Positions 7,906 to 16,338 of a DNA stretch of 33,205 nt are shown here, in pieces. Under the pieces are notes generated by a model that was not told the DNA's origin, made no database searches, and worked only from the letters and a program-made list of their open reading frames with translations. The stretch spans positions 1 through 33,205 of the forward strand of contig DATLSK010000101.1 in NCBI GenBank assembly GCA_035534155.1. The letters run 5' to 3'. Source of the stretch: Chloroflexota bacterium (GTDB lineage: Bacteria > Chloroflexota > UBA6077 > FW602-bin22 > CADDYW01). A program made the position numbers and the translations under genes. The first letter of the stretch is position 1, and each line of letters starts with the position of its first letter.

Positions 7906-9986
7906 GCCAGCGTCGGGAAATGGCTGCCTGGCTATGCGCGGCTTTTGCTCTGATTATGGTCGCTGGTTGCCAGATCATTCCGTCAAGTGCACCGGTGTCG
8001 CCAACGTCGGCGCCGATTCGACCGGCCGCGACGGCCTCGATCATCCCAACGAGTTCAACCGAAAGCGCGGTCCCGGCTGGGGCGGCAGACTCGGTCACGC
8101 CCCTGGCAACCGCGACGACGGCGTTGGCGACGCCCGCGCCTTCCGTCGCGCCGTCTCCGAGCCCGACCGTGCAAGCGGCACCAACGCTCGTGCCACTTCC
8201 CCCGGCGACGCCAGTGGTGACGCCGGTCATTCCCTCGCCTGCCCCGCGCGACCTGCTCGATCTCGAACGACGTCTGGGAGCCAAGCCCGCGGCGACCCAA
8301 GTCGCGACTCCCGCAGTCGCGCCAAACTATCCAGTGGGGAGCCAGCAGACCTTCTGGGTGGCGGACCAACAGCAAAAGAACTACTTTCAGATGCATACCC
8401 AATTGCTCTATAAGACGGACCACACCTACTGGTACGTTCAGGACGGCGTCAACATCCCGGTTGCCAACCTCCAGGCAGCGGGAACGTACTTCGAACAACA
8501 TACCTATCCGACCGAGCATCAGCTCTTTGGGAGCGAATGGACGCCCGGAATCGACAACGATCGCCACATCACCTTGTTAGTCGGACACGTTCCGGGGGTC
8601 GGAGGATATTACAGCACGGCCGACGAGTATCCGCGTTCGGTAAATCCGTACAGTAACCTCCGCGAGATGATCTACCTAAACGTCGACGCGGTTCAACCGG
8701 GGAACCTGGAGTTCAATGCGACGGTGGCTCACGAATTCATGCACATGATCCAGTTTCACGTTCACCGCTGGCAGGACAGTTGGATCGACGAGGGATCGGC
8801 CGAGCTCGCGGCCCAGGCCGTCACCGGAGTTGCGAGCTCGGGAGTGCCGTCGTTCGAGCGAGACCCGTCGATTCAGCTCAACGCGTGGGCCAGCGATCCA
8901 TCACTCGCAATTCCCCACTATGGCGAAGCCTACCTTTTCATGCGGTACGTCGCCGAGCACTATGGTGGGTTTCAAAGTATCGGCAAGGTCATTGCCGAGC
9001 CGGCTCGCTCGATCGACAGTTTCCAAACGTTCTTCGCTTCGCTGAAACCGCCGACCGGTTTTAACGCGGTCTTCGCCGATTGGGTTGCAGCGAATGCACT
9101 CGATGATTCTTCGCTGGATAATGGCAAGTACGGCTATCGCAACCTGAGTTTAAGCATCCAAATGGCGCCCGGACCGACGGTTGGGTCGACCGTCTCGGGT
9201 TCGGTAACCGAATACGGGGCCGACTATTATCGGATTCAGACAACTGCACCGGCGACGCTCGTTTTCACCGGAACCACCTCGGTTGCCTTGACCGGGGCGA
9301 ACCCGCACGCCGGCTCCTTCGAATGGTGGAGTAACCGGGGGGATTCGATTGACACGACCTTAACCCGAGTGGTCGACCTGACCAAGGTTAAGGCGGCAAC
9401 CCTTAAGTTCTGGGTCTGGTACGACATCGAGCGGGACTTCGATTACGCCTACGTCGAAGTGTCGACCGATGGCGGCACGACCTGGCATACCTTGCCGGCG
9501 CCAAATACCACGGCAAGTAATCCAAACGGCCAGAACTACGGAAACGGCTTTACCGGAACGTCCGGCAGCACGACCGCGAGCTGGCTGCCAGAAAGCGTCG
9601 ACCTGAGCGCGTATGCCGGTCGGCAGATCCAGTTGCGTTTCGAATACGTGACCGACGACGCCTATAACGCCGATGGCTTGGACCTCTCGGGTGTGGAAAT
9701 TCCCCAGATTGGCTTCCACGACGATCCTGGGACTGACGACGGTTGGGTAGCCAAAGGCTTCGTTCGGATTACGAATCGCCTCCCGCAAGATTATTTAGTC
9801 GAGGTCCTCAACCCAAAAGGCAAGCCGTTCGTCGAGCACATGGCGATTGGCAGCGACGATCGCGGCCGGTTAAGTCTGTCGGCGGGTGAAAACGTGATCG
9901 TCGCGGTGGCCGGACTGACTCCGCTGACCACTCATCACGTCCCTTTCCAAATTAGCCTGCTCCCTTCCACCGAATCTCAACCTTGA
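7902..9986 (+). CDS. Lipoprotein zinc metallopeptidase (HExxH) with an Ala/Pro/Thr-rich linker and an InhA(M6)-like beta-sandwich C-terminal region
   Basis: MSQRREMAAWLCAAFALIMVAGC is a signal peptide with a VAGC lipobox. A roughly 100-aa P/A/T/S linker follows. VAHEFMHMIQF carries the HExxH motif. FWVWYDIERDFDYAYVEVSTDGGTTWHTL resembles immune-inhibitor-A-type domains. The GTG start overlaps the punA stop (GTGA). Confidence 0.8.
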   Translation: MSQRREMAAWLCAAFALIMVAGCQIIPSSAPVSPTSAPIRPAATASIIPTSSTESAVPAGAADSVTPLATATTALATPAPSVAPSPSPTVQAAPTLVPLPPATPVVTPVIPSPAPRDLLDLERRLGAKPAATQVATPAVAPNYPVGSQQTFWVADQQQKNYFQMHTQLLYKTDHTYWYVQDGVNIPVANLQAAGTYFEQHTYPTEHQLFGSEWTPGIDNDRHITLLVGHVPGVGGYYSTADEYPRSVNPYSNLREMIYLNVDAVQPGNLEFNATVAHEFMHMIQFHVHRWQDSWIDEGSAELAAQAVTGVASSGVPSFERDPSIQLNAWASDPSLAIPHYGEAYLFMRYVAEHYGGFQSIGKVIAEPARSIDSFQTFFASLKPPTGFNAVFADWVAANALDDSSLDNGKYGYRNLSLSIQMAPGPTVGSTVSGSVTEYGADYYRIQTTAPATLVFTGTTSVALTGANPHAGSFEWWSNRGDSIDTTLTRVVDLTKVKAATLKFWVWYDIERDFDYAYVEVSTDGGTTWHTLPAPNTTASNPNGQNYGNGFTGTSGSTTASWLPESVDLSAYAGRQIQLRFEYVTDDAYNADGLDLSGVEIPQIGFHDDPGTDDGWVAKGFVRITNRLPQDYLVEVLNPKGKPFVEHMAIGSDDRGRLSLSAGENVIVAVAGLTPLTTHHVPFQISLLPSTESQP

Positions 9987-10217
9987 CGAGCGTAGAAGCG
10001 GTTGTGGAGCACGAGAGACGGGTGTATACTCTCTGTCACCTTCGCCGATTCGGCTCGCCGTTTCCTTGTCTGATTGCCTGAAGCCAGGAATAAGGAGGAC
10101 AAGGGTAAGGAAGATGACTATGCGAGGTATCAGCCAGCAGAATTGATTGAAATTATCGCGGGTGGTGTGGGCAGGCGCACGGTAATGCGCACGGGCCCTG
10201 GTTGTAGGGGAGATGGG

Positions 10218-10436
10218 ATGGATATCGTATTGCCGAAGTGCCAGAAGTGCAAGGTTGGCGACCTCGTACCACTTTCCGACTTTGGCAGCGGCGGGGCGGC
10301 GATCCACTACAAAGCGTGGGTGTGCACGAATCCCGGGTGCGGGTTCAACATAAAGATCCGAAACGGCGACGTGTACATGAACGAGCCGATTGGCAACGGA
10401 CATAACCATCCGACCCGGGGTGCACGCTTAACCTAA
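10218..10436 (+). CDS. Small zinc-ribbon protein (72 aa), function unknown
   Basis: MDIVLPKCQKCKVGDLVPL...WVCTNPGCGF gives a CxxC...CxxxC pattern. GGGGAG lies 5 nt upstream of ATG 10218, and third-position GC is high. The track ORF begins at a TTG at 10074 with a low-complexity extension that I do not trust. Confidence 0.5.
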   Translation: MDIVLPKCQKCKVGDLVPLSDFGSGGAAIHYKAWVCTNPGCGFNIKIRNGDVYMNEPIGNGHNHPTRGARLT

Positions 10437-10525
10437 AGCGGGATGGCGGGTGCAGCTCTTTGGCTCTCTGCCCACAAGAGGTGTCCGAAGAACAACCGGA
10501 AACGGCGATCCACCGTAGCGAACAA

Positions 10526-11098
10526 TCAGGGAGTCTGTTCTTCCAGGCCGGGCACCAGGTTGATCGTCATGCGGTGGTTTGGCACATCGATGGAGCTCAC
10601 GACATCGGCAATCGCCGGAATCAGCATTTCGCGCGCCCCCTTGCCGACAACGTACACATCGTTACTCCCAGTTCGGAGTACCTCGCTAATCGTACCGAGT
10701 CGGCGGCCACTCGTGGTCCAGACCTCTAGCCCAACAATCTCGTGCCAATAGTACGTTTCTGGAGGAAGCTCAACGGCTTGATCAATCGGGATCTGGACAT
10801 CCTGACCGGCGAGAGCTTGCGCCGTCGAAGCATCGTCGATACTGGCCAGCTTTAGCAACACCGCGCTTGGCTCGAGCCGAGCCGATTGTACGTGGTAGGG
10901 GCGGAGATTGTCTCCGAGGTGAACGGTTTGAAGTTGTAGAAACCGTTCTGGGAAGTCGGTGAGGATCTGCGCGCGAACCTCACCGGAGACTCCGACCGGA
11001 CCGAGTATTCGGCCGATCACCAGAAATCGGACCGACTGCCCAGTCGGAGTAGTGCCACGGCTAAGCTGTCTCGAGGAGACAGACGGCTGTTCGTTCAC
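10526..11098 (-). CDS. rimM: 16S rRNA processing protein RimM
   Basis: FLVIGRILGPVGVSGEVRAQILTDFPERF plus a PRC-barrel C-terminus. The gene sits in the conserved rpsP-KH-rimM order. The start is a GTG. Confidence 0.9.
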   Translation of the reverse strand: MNEQPSVSSRQLSRGTTPTGQSVRFLVIGRILGPVGVSGEVRAQILTDFPERFLQLQTVHLGDNLRPYHVQSARLEPSAVLLKLASIDDASTAQALAGQDVQIPIDQAVELPPETYYWHEIVGLEVWTTSGRRLGTISEVLRTGSNDVYVVGKGAREMLIPAIADVVSSIDVPNHRMTINLVPGLEEQTP

Positions 11099-11109
11099 GT
11101 TGCCGCCCG

Positions 11110-11337
11110 TTAAAGAATCTCCAATACCGCTCGCTTGCCTTGTTTCGCGGCCGCGACCTTTAGCAGCGTTCGAATTGCATTAGCAATGCGGCCTTCCTTG
11201 CCAATGATCTTCCCCATGTCGTCCTGGGCGACCTGGAGCTCAAGGATGATCGACTGCTCTCCGATGACCTGGGTCACTCGAACTTGGTCAGGATTTTCCA
11301 CCAATGCCTTGGCGATGTATTCGACGAGCTCTTTCAT
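11110..11337 (-). CDS. KH-domain RNA-binding protein (YlqC/UPF0109 family)
   Basis: [21 protein letters not shown]...[19 protein letters not shown] moved the start to ATG 11337, which is preceded by AGGAGAG. Confidence 0.85.
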   Translation of the reverse strand: MKELVEYIAKALVENPDQVRVTQVIGEQSIILELQVAQDDMGKIIGKEGRIANAIRTLLKVAAAKQGKRAVLEIL

Positions 11338-11440
11338 CGGGCTCTCCTGGCGACAATGCGGTTGCGGCATACGGATGAACCGGATAGCGTTCTTAGACGA
11401 ATCTAGGGCGACGTGTTGATTCTATCGAGTGAACGGATGA

Positions 11441-11737
11441 TTAGACCGGTGAGTCGGCAGTGGTAGCTTCAGAAGCAGCAATCTCTGGCGCTTTCACCAG
11501 AACGTCGGTCCATCCGAGAATTCGCCGAACAGCATCGGTTGGCTGGGCTCCGTGTGATAGCCAATATCGAACCTTTTCGGAGTTCACGCTGGCCGTCGGG
11601 GGATTGGTCAGTGGGTTATACAAGCCGACCGTTTCGATGAAGCGCCCATCGCGTGGTGAGCGCGAATCCGCCACGACAACGCGGTAGCTGGGTTGTTTTT
11701 TAGCGCCCATCCGACGCAGTCGGATTTTAACTGGCAT
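11441..11737 (-). CDS. rpsP: 30S ribosomal protein S16
   Basis: [42 protein letters not shown]. Confidence 0.95.
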   Translation of the reverse strand: MPVKIRLRRMGAKKQPSYRVVVADSRSPRDGRFIETVGLYNPLTNPPTASVNSEKVRYWLSHGAQPTDAVRRILGWTDVLVKAPEIAASEATTADSPV

Positions 11738-11807
11738 CTGCGGTTGTGGTCCTCCGTGAGTGTGATTGACAATAATATGGAACGCGAGCTAGCGGAATAA
11801 CTGCTAA

Positions 11808-11837
11808 ATGATAGCACGTCAACGCTTAGAGCGTCAA
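11808..11837 (-). promoter_or_regulatory. Candidate rpsP promoter TTGACG-18 nt-TG-c-TATCAT
   Basis: On the minus strand the -35 is at 11837-11832 and the extended -10 ends at 11808, about 65 nt upstream of the rpsP ATG. A second CGTCAA copy lies at 11817-11822. Confidence 0.5.
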
Positions 11838-11926
11838 TGCCAATCACATGAACAAAGAATGCCAGATCTGGCCACGCGAAGTCCTTGTCAGTATACTGGG
11901 ATGGACGAGTCGCAAGGAGGCGAGGA

Positions 11927-12034
11927 GTGGACGACCAATCCCTGAGCTTTGAAAGAATCCTCTCGACCCTGCGCAAGATCGCATGGGTCATGGATCGCGG
12001 TCTCACGGGTGGAGACCAGGCGCGGAGTCGATGA
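11927..12034 (+). CDS. Candidate 35-codon upstream ORF translationally coupled (ATGA) to the P-loop/DUF697-like gene
   Basis: AAGGAGG (11914-11920) lies 6 nt before GTG 11927. The frame reads VDDQSLSFERILSTLRKIAWVMDRGLTGGDQARSR, and its stop TGA 12032-12034 overlaps ATG 12031. It is too short to appear in the supplied ORF track. Confidence 0.3.
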   Translation: MDDQSLSFERILSTLRKIAWVMDRGLTGGDQARSR

Positions 12035-13068
12035 ATCTTCGTGAGATGTTGTCCACGCAGCGGTTGACCGATTTTTGGACAATTCTGCGTGAAATTGATC
12101 CCCAAACGATTATACGGGAAGCCGATCAACCGGTGCGGCTGATTATCTGTGGCTCGCCCGGGGTTGGTAAGCGAACCCTGGCCCGAGCGTTCACCGGGGG
12201 CAGTATCGTCAGCCCCGGTTTAACGGTCGACGTCTGCGACATGCCGGATGACGTGCCGGTGGCATTGCCCAACGCCGATTTATACGTTTACGTTGCAAAC
12301 GCGGATATTCCACTCGGGGCCTTGCAGCGCGATCATCTCGGACAACTGGCGCGCCGACCCGGCGCAGTGGTGTGCGCCTTAAACCATTTCCTTCGCAACG
12401 GTGAGTCGGATTCGCTTCATGTGGAGAACGGCGGCAGCGAGGTGCTTGGTTTGACTCCCGAGGGCCTCGTGTCGTTTAATGCGCTCGATCGCTCGACGGT
12501 CGAGGGCGATCTGGCCGTCACGATGCTTCGCGCCGTCCCTCACTTGTGCCTGCCATTTGGGCGTCATTTGCCAGCGTTGCGTGAGGCCGCGGCACAACAA
12601 CTCATTGGCGAAGCAGCGCGGGCGAACGCCGAATTCGTCGTGATCTCGAGCGTGCCCGGTATGTTGCCAATCCTGGGATCGCTCGCCACCGCGGGTGCCG
12701 ACGTCGTGGTCTTGACCAAGAATCAGATTATGCTCCTGTTAAAGCTAGCCCTGGTCTACCAACGGCCAATCGACCGACGCCTTCAAGTGCTGGCTGAGGT
12801 CATTCCGGTGATCGGTGCGGCCTTCTTCTGGCGGTCGGCGGCTCGGTTCGCGGTGGCATTACTCCCTGGGCCGGTCGCGATCGCGCCACGCGGAATTATC
12901 GCCTACGTTGGCACCTACGTTGCCGGCAAGTCCGGACAGTATTACTATCGCTGGGGACAGCGGCCGTCCTCAGAGGTGCTGGACCGTTTTGGTCAGGAGG
13001 CGATCAGCCAAGTTAATGCGGTCGCGCCGCGGCTTGGTAAGATCGCACGCCGATTGCGTTTTCCATAA
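12031..13068 (+). CDS. Deviant P-loop (GTPase-like) protein with a DUF697-like membrane-associated C-terminal domain
   Basis: The Walker-A-like motif is GSPGVGKRT. The C-terminal stretch SSVPGMLPILGSLATAGADVVVLTKNQIMLLLKLALVYQRPID and the hydrophobic IPVIGAAFFW resemble DUF697 as I recall it. The start is ambiguous between 11983 (track) and 12031. Confidence 0.7.
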   Translation: MNLREMLSTQRLTDFWTILREIDPQTIIREADQPVRLIICGSPGVGKRTLARAFTGGSIVSPGLTVDVCDMPDDVPVALPNADLYVYVANADIPLGALQRDHLGQLARRPGAVVCALNHFLRNGESDSLHVENGGSEVLGLTPEGLVSFNALDRSTVEGDLAVTMLRAVPHLCLPFGRHLPALREAAAQQLIGEAARANAEFVVISSVPGMLPILGSLATAGADVVVLTKNQIMLLLKLALVYQRPIDRRLQVLAEVIPVIGAAFFWRSAARFAVALLPGPVAIAPRGIIAYVGTYVAGKSGQYYYRWGQRPSSEVLDRFGQEAISQVNAVAPRLGKIARRLRFP

Positions 13069-13297
13069 CTACCTGATAGCATGACGCGCGGCGTTTTGCA
13101 GTTTACAGTCGATGGGACGGTTGCTACTTCGAATATTTCATGGCGTCGGCGAGTTGTGCAGACAGCCCTTACCAGGGACACCCGGTCGGCTGGCCGATGG
13201 CATACATTTTGCGCCCCGGCTGGCGTTATCATTGTAGTGCTTTGGCATTACACGTCCTCTGGTTCTGGTCCGTCTGAATGCCTAGGAGATGAAAATC

Positions 13298-14788
13298 GTG
13301 TCTGAACCTTTGAAGATACTGGTGTGCTCCGCGGAGATGGTGCCCTTCGCGAAGACCGGCGGCTTAGCTGACGTAACCGGCGCACTTCCGAAGGCACTGG
13401 CCCGCCTCGGCCATGACGTCCGCGTTGTGCTTCCGCGTTACGGCCGGATTGATCTTGGTCGTTTCAACATCACCGAAGAGTTGTCCTCGTTTTCGGTGCC
13501 GATGGATGCCGCCTCGGAAACAGTCTCGGTGCTCAAAACCGATAGCGTCCCGGGCGTTCCGGTGTACTTCGTGAACAGCGAGAAGTACTTCACGCGCGAA
13601 GGGATCTACGGTTATCCAGATGATGGTGAGCGTTTCATTTTGTTCTGCCGGGCCGCGCTCGAAATGTTGCGCCGATTGAACTGGCAGCCGGACATTATCC
13701 ATTGCAACGACTGGCACACCGGCATTATTCCGAACTGGTTGAAAACCATCTATCGAAACGATCCGTTTTTCGAGCGGACGGCAACGGTTTTCACGATTCA
13801 CAACCTGCAATATCAGGGGCTGTTTGGCTGGCGCATCCTCGAAGTGGCCGGAATCGACGAATATGGATTTCTGCACCACCCGGAGATTGGCGAGCTGGCC
13901 GAAGTCGTCGACTTGATGGCGCGGGGTTTGCATTTCTCCGACGTCATCAACACCGTGTCCGAACGGTATGCCCAAGAGATCTTGACTCCCCAGTTTGGCG
14001 AGAAGCTGGATCCCTTGCTGCACGATCGTCAGGATCGGCTGTTCGGTATCTTGAACGGTGTCGACTACGATGAAATCAACCCGGCGACCGACAAGTACAT
14101 TGCGAAGAACTTTGATGTGGAGCATCTGGAAGACCGGGTGGCGAACAAGCTGGCGCTGCAAAAAGAGGCGAACCTGCCCCAGGATCCGGACATTCCGTTG
14201 ATTGGCATGGTGTCCCGCATGGTCGATCAGAAAGGCTTCGATCTGTTAGCCGAGTGTTTCGACGCGATGATGCAGTGTGTGAACGTTCAGTTCGTGCTTC
14301 TGGGCACCGGTGATCAGCACTATCACAACGTTTTTCAAAAGTTCGCGGAGACGTATCCGAATCGCGCCGCGATTTACTTGACCTTCAACGCGGCGCTGGC
14401 ACAGAAAATTTACGCCGGATCCGACATGTTCTTGATGCCGTCGCGATTTGAGCCGTGCGGCCTTGGTCAGATGATCAGCTTGCACTATGGCTCGATCCCG
14501 ATTGTACGGCAAACTGGTGGACTGGCGGACACGATCCAGGACTTCGAACCGACAAACCAGACCGGGAACGGGTTCTCTTTCGACCGATACGATCAGATCG
14601 ACCTCTACACGGCGGTGGTGCGCGCGGTCGAGAACTACAAGTATCGGTCGACCTGGCAAATGCTACGCGAGCGGGGCATGCGGGCTGACTTTTCGTGGGG
14701 CGCGTCGGCTCGCCGTTACGAGGACTTGTATCGCAAAGCGCTCGAGTTCCACGCCTCGCCGAGCCAAAGTGCGACGATGGGCCGGTAG
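13298..14788 (+). CDS. glgA: Glycogen/starch synthase (GT5, ADP-glucose type)
   Basis: LKILVCSAEMVPFAKTGGLADVTGALPKALARLGHDVRVVLPRYG is the KTGGL motif region. AGGAG (13284-13288) is only 0 nt from ATG 13289 but 9 nt from the in-frame GTG 13298, so I prefer 13298. Confidence 0.9.
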   Translation: MSEPLKILVCSAEMVPFAKTGGLADVTGALPKALARLGHDVRVVLPRYGRIDLGRFNITEELSSFSVPMDAASETVSVLKTDSVPGVPVYFVNSEKYFTREGIYGYPDDGERFILFCRAALEMLRRLNWQPDIIHCNDWHTGIIPNWLKTIYRNDPFFERTATVFTIHNLQYQGLFGWRILEVAGIDEYGFLHHPEIGELAEVVDLMARGLHFSDVINTVSERYAQEILTPQFGEKLDPLLHDRQDRLFGILNGVDYDEINPATDKYIAKNFDVEHLEDRVANKLALQKEANLPQDPDIPLIGMVSRMVDQKGFDLLAECFDAMMQCVNVQFVLLGTGDQHYHNVFQKFAETYPNRAAIYLTFNAALAQKIYAGSDMFLMPSRFEPCGLGQMISLHYGSIPIVRQTGGLADTIQDFEPTNQTGNGFSFDRYDQIDLYTAVVRAVENYKYRSTWQMLRERGMRADFSWGASARRYEDLYRKALEFHASPSQSATMGR

Positions 14789-14802
14789 AAAGGAAAGCTG
14801 TC

Positions 14803-15849
14803 ATGCCGCAACTACGCCAGGATCTCGTCACCGGTCAGTGGGTCGCGATCGCGACCGAACGGGCCAAGCGGCCCAGTTCTTTCAGTCGCGGCGCGACTGT
14901 AGCCGTCCCGCCGTCGGCGCAATGCCCGTTTTGTCTGGGACACGAATCAATGACCCCGCCGGAAGTGATGGCATACCGCCAGCCTGGTACCGCGCCGAAC
15001 ACCCCGGGTTGGGAGCTTCGGGTGGTGCCCAACCTATTCCCCGCATTCGGTCCAGCTAACGAGCAACCAGTCCAGTCATCAGTCGGGCCATACCGCACTA
15101 TGACTGGTGTCGGGGTGCACGAAGTTTTGATCGCGAGTCCTGGGCACCAGCAGGACATTTCCCAGCTTGCGCTCGGCCAGGTCGAGCAGATCGTTCGGGC
15201 ATACGTGGATCGCTACAACGCGAATCGAGACAATCCGGCGATCAAGTATCTCTTGATCATCAACAATCACGGGAAGGAAGCCGGGGCGTCACTGGAACAT
15301 CCCCATTCCCAATTATTCGGCATTCCGGTGGTGCCGTTTAACGTTCAGGAAGAGCTCGACGGAGTCGCCCGTTATCGCACCGAGACGGGACGTTGCGTTT
15401 ATTGCGATATCCTCGAAAATGAAACGTCGACAGTCGAGCGCGTGATTGCCGAAAACGACCACTTTCTGGTGTACGCTCCCTTTGCCTCTCGAACGCCATT
15501 TGAAGCGTCGATTCTGCCGAAGTGGCATGCATCGCATTTCGAAGAGATGTCGACCGACCAGCGAAACAGCTTTGCCGAGGCGCTGAAAGGGCTCACCGCG
15601 CGCTTCTTCGCCGGACTGAACGACCCGCCGTTTAACTTTTTCATTCACACGGCACCGAATCACACCGGCGCGGATCTCGACTATCACTGGCATCTCGAGC
15701 TGCTGCCAAAACTGGCGATTGCCGCGGGATTCGAGCTAGGTAGCGGCGTGATGATCAACGTGGCAACGCCCGAAGCAGCCGCCGAGTTTCTGCGTGGTGT
15801 CGATTCGTCGGCATTGTCGACCAGTGAGACGAGTCCAGCCGTTCATTAG
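14803..15849 (+). CDS. galT: GalT-family (HIT superfamily branch III) nucleotidyl transferase/phosphorylase
   Basis: CPFCLGHESMTPPE is the Zn site and LEHPHSQLF is the HxHxQ active site. I moved the start to ATG 14803 (MPQLRQDLVTGQWV), 14 nt after the glgA stop and preceded by AAAGGAAAG. Confidence 0.85.
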   Translation: MPQLRQDLVTGQWVAIATERAKRPSSFSRGATVAVPPSAQCPFCLGHESMTPPEVMAYRQPGTAPNTPGWELRVVPNLFPAFGPANEQPVQSSVGPYRTMTGVGVHEVLIASPGHQQDISQLALGQVEQIVRAYVDRYNANRDNPAIKYLLIINNHGKEAGASLEHPHSQLFGIPVVPFNVQEELDGVARYRTETGRCVYCDILENETSTVERVIAENDHFLVYAPFASRTPFEASILPKWHASHFEEMSTDQRNSFAEALKGLTARFFAGLNDPPFNFFIHTAPNHTGADLDYHWHLELLPKLAIAAGFELGSGVMINVATPEAAAEFLRGVDSSALSTSETSPAVH

Positions 15850-15907
15850 GGCCCCCGGTCCGTGGCACGGTTCTCGCTCGTAAGTGGCAGCCAGGAGGAC
15901 GGACGAC

Positions 15908-16066
15908 ATGGTTGGCTTGCTCTGGGCCCTGATTGTGATTCTGGCGATAATCTGGTTTGTGGGGTTCCTCATCGCGCACGTTGCCAGCCCGCTGATCCAC
16001 GTACTCCTGGTCGTCGCTCTGGTACTATTGGTCTGGAACGTCCTCACTGGGTCGCGTGCTGCCTGA
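15908..16066 (+). CDS. lmo0937-family tiny membrane protein (52 aa)
   Basis: MVGLLWALIVILAIIWFVGFLIAHVASPLIHVLLVVALVLLVWNVL forms two hydrophobic helices typical of this family. AGGAGG lies 9 nt upstream of ATG 15908. Confidence 0.7.
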   Translation: MVGLLWALIVILAIIWFVGFLIAHVASPLIHVLLVVALVLLVWNVLTGSRAA

Positions 16067-16084
16067 AAGTTGGTGGGCACCGGA

Positions 16085-16151
16085 CCGTCAGAGGGCCACC
16101 TCTGACGGTATAGCAGTTGACCGACTGATCGGGCCGGCCAAGCCGGCTTTT
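16085..16151 (+). terminator. Two hairpins ending the glgA-galT-small-gene unit
   Basis: The first is CCGTCAGAGG-GCCA-CCTCTGACGG (16085-16108), a perfect 10-bp stem. The second is GCCGGC-CAA-GCCGGC followed by TTTT (16133-16151). Confidence 0.45.
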
Positions 16152-16165
16152 GGCAGTTGTTTCAA

Positions 16166-16194
16166 TTGAATTCGCTCGAAAGCTGTGCTATACT
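16166..16194 (+). promoter_or_regulatory. pyr operon promoter TTGAAT-17 nt-(TGc)TATACT
   Basis: The -35 is at 16166-16171 and the -10 at 16189-16194, with TG at 16186-16187. This places a transcription start about 30 nt before the PyrR site. Confidence 0.6.
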
Positions 16195-16230
16195 CAAGGC
16201 AGTTCAATAGGGCCCTTGTGATTGGCTCTC

Positions 16231-16265
16231 ACCTTTAAACCAGTCCTGTGAGGCTGGAAAGGGGA
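16231..16265 (+). promoter_or_regulatory. PyrR-binding RNA hairpin (anti-antiterminator) of the pyr leader
   Basis: CCTTT-AAA-CCAG-TCCTGTGAGG-CTGG-A-AAGGGG fits the conserved PyrR motif (..GUCC.G.GAGGCUGG.AAGG..) and lies directly upstream of pyrR. Confidence 0.8.
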
Positions 16266-16293
16266 TGTGTGACCGATGATATTGACCTGCACC

Positions 16294-16338
16294 AAAGCCC
16301 CTTGCCCACGTTCCGCGTTGGGTGAGGGGCTTTTTGTT
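16294..16338 (+). terminator. Intrinsic attenuator terminator of the pyr leader
   Basis: AAAGCCCCTTGCCCA (16294-16308) pairs with TGGGTGAGGGGCTTT (16319-16333) over 15 bp including 2 G-U pairs, followed by TTTTTGTT. It lies 38 nt before the pyrR ATG. Confidence 0.8.

Noticed and set aside
7871-8567. Several overlapping ORFs on both strands (137, 175, 77 and 170 aa) across the start of the metallopeptidase gene
   Set aside because: They coincide with the GC-rich Ala/Pro/Thr linker-coding region, where all frames stay open. Their products are Arg/Gly/Pro low-complexity sequences.
10074-10217. A TTG-initiated 48-aa extension of the zinc-ribbon ORF
   Set aside because: The composition is low-complexity and charged (KEDKGKEDD), and there is no SD. 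The internal ATG 10218 has a GGGGAG SD.
13081-13305. A 74-aa ORF in the 229-bp gap upstream of glgA
   Set aside because: It has no SD, runs into the glgA start in another frame, and contains the predicted TATCAT -10 element. It is more likely a terminator/promoter spacer.
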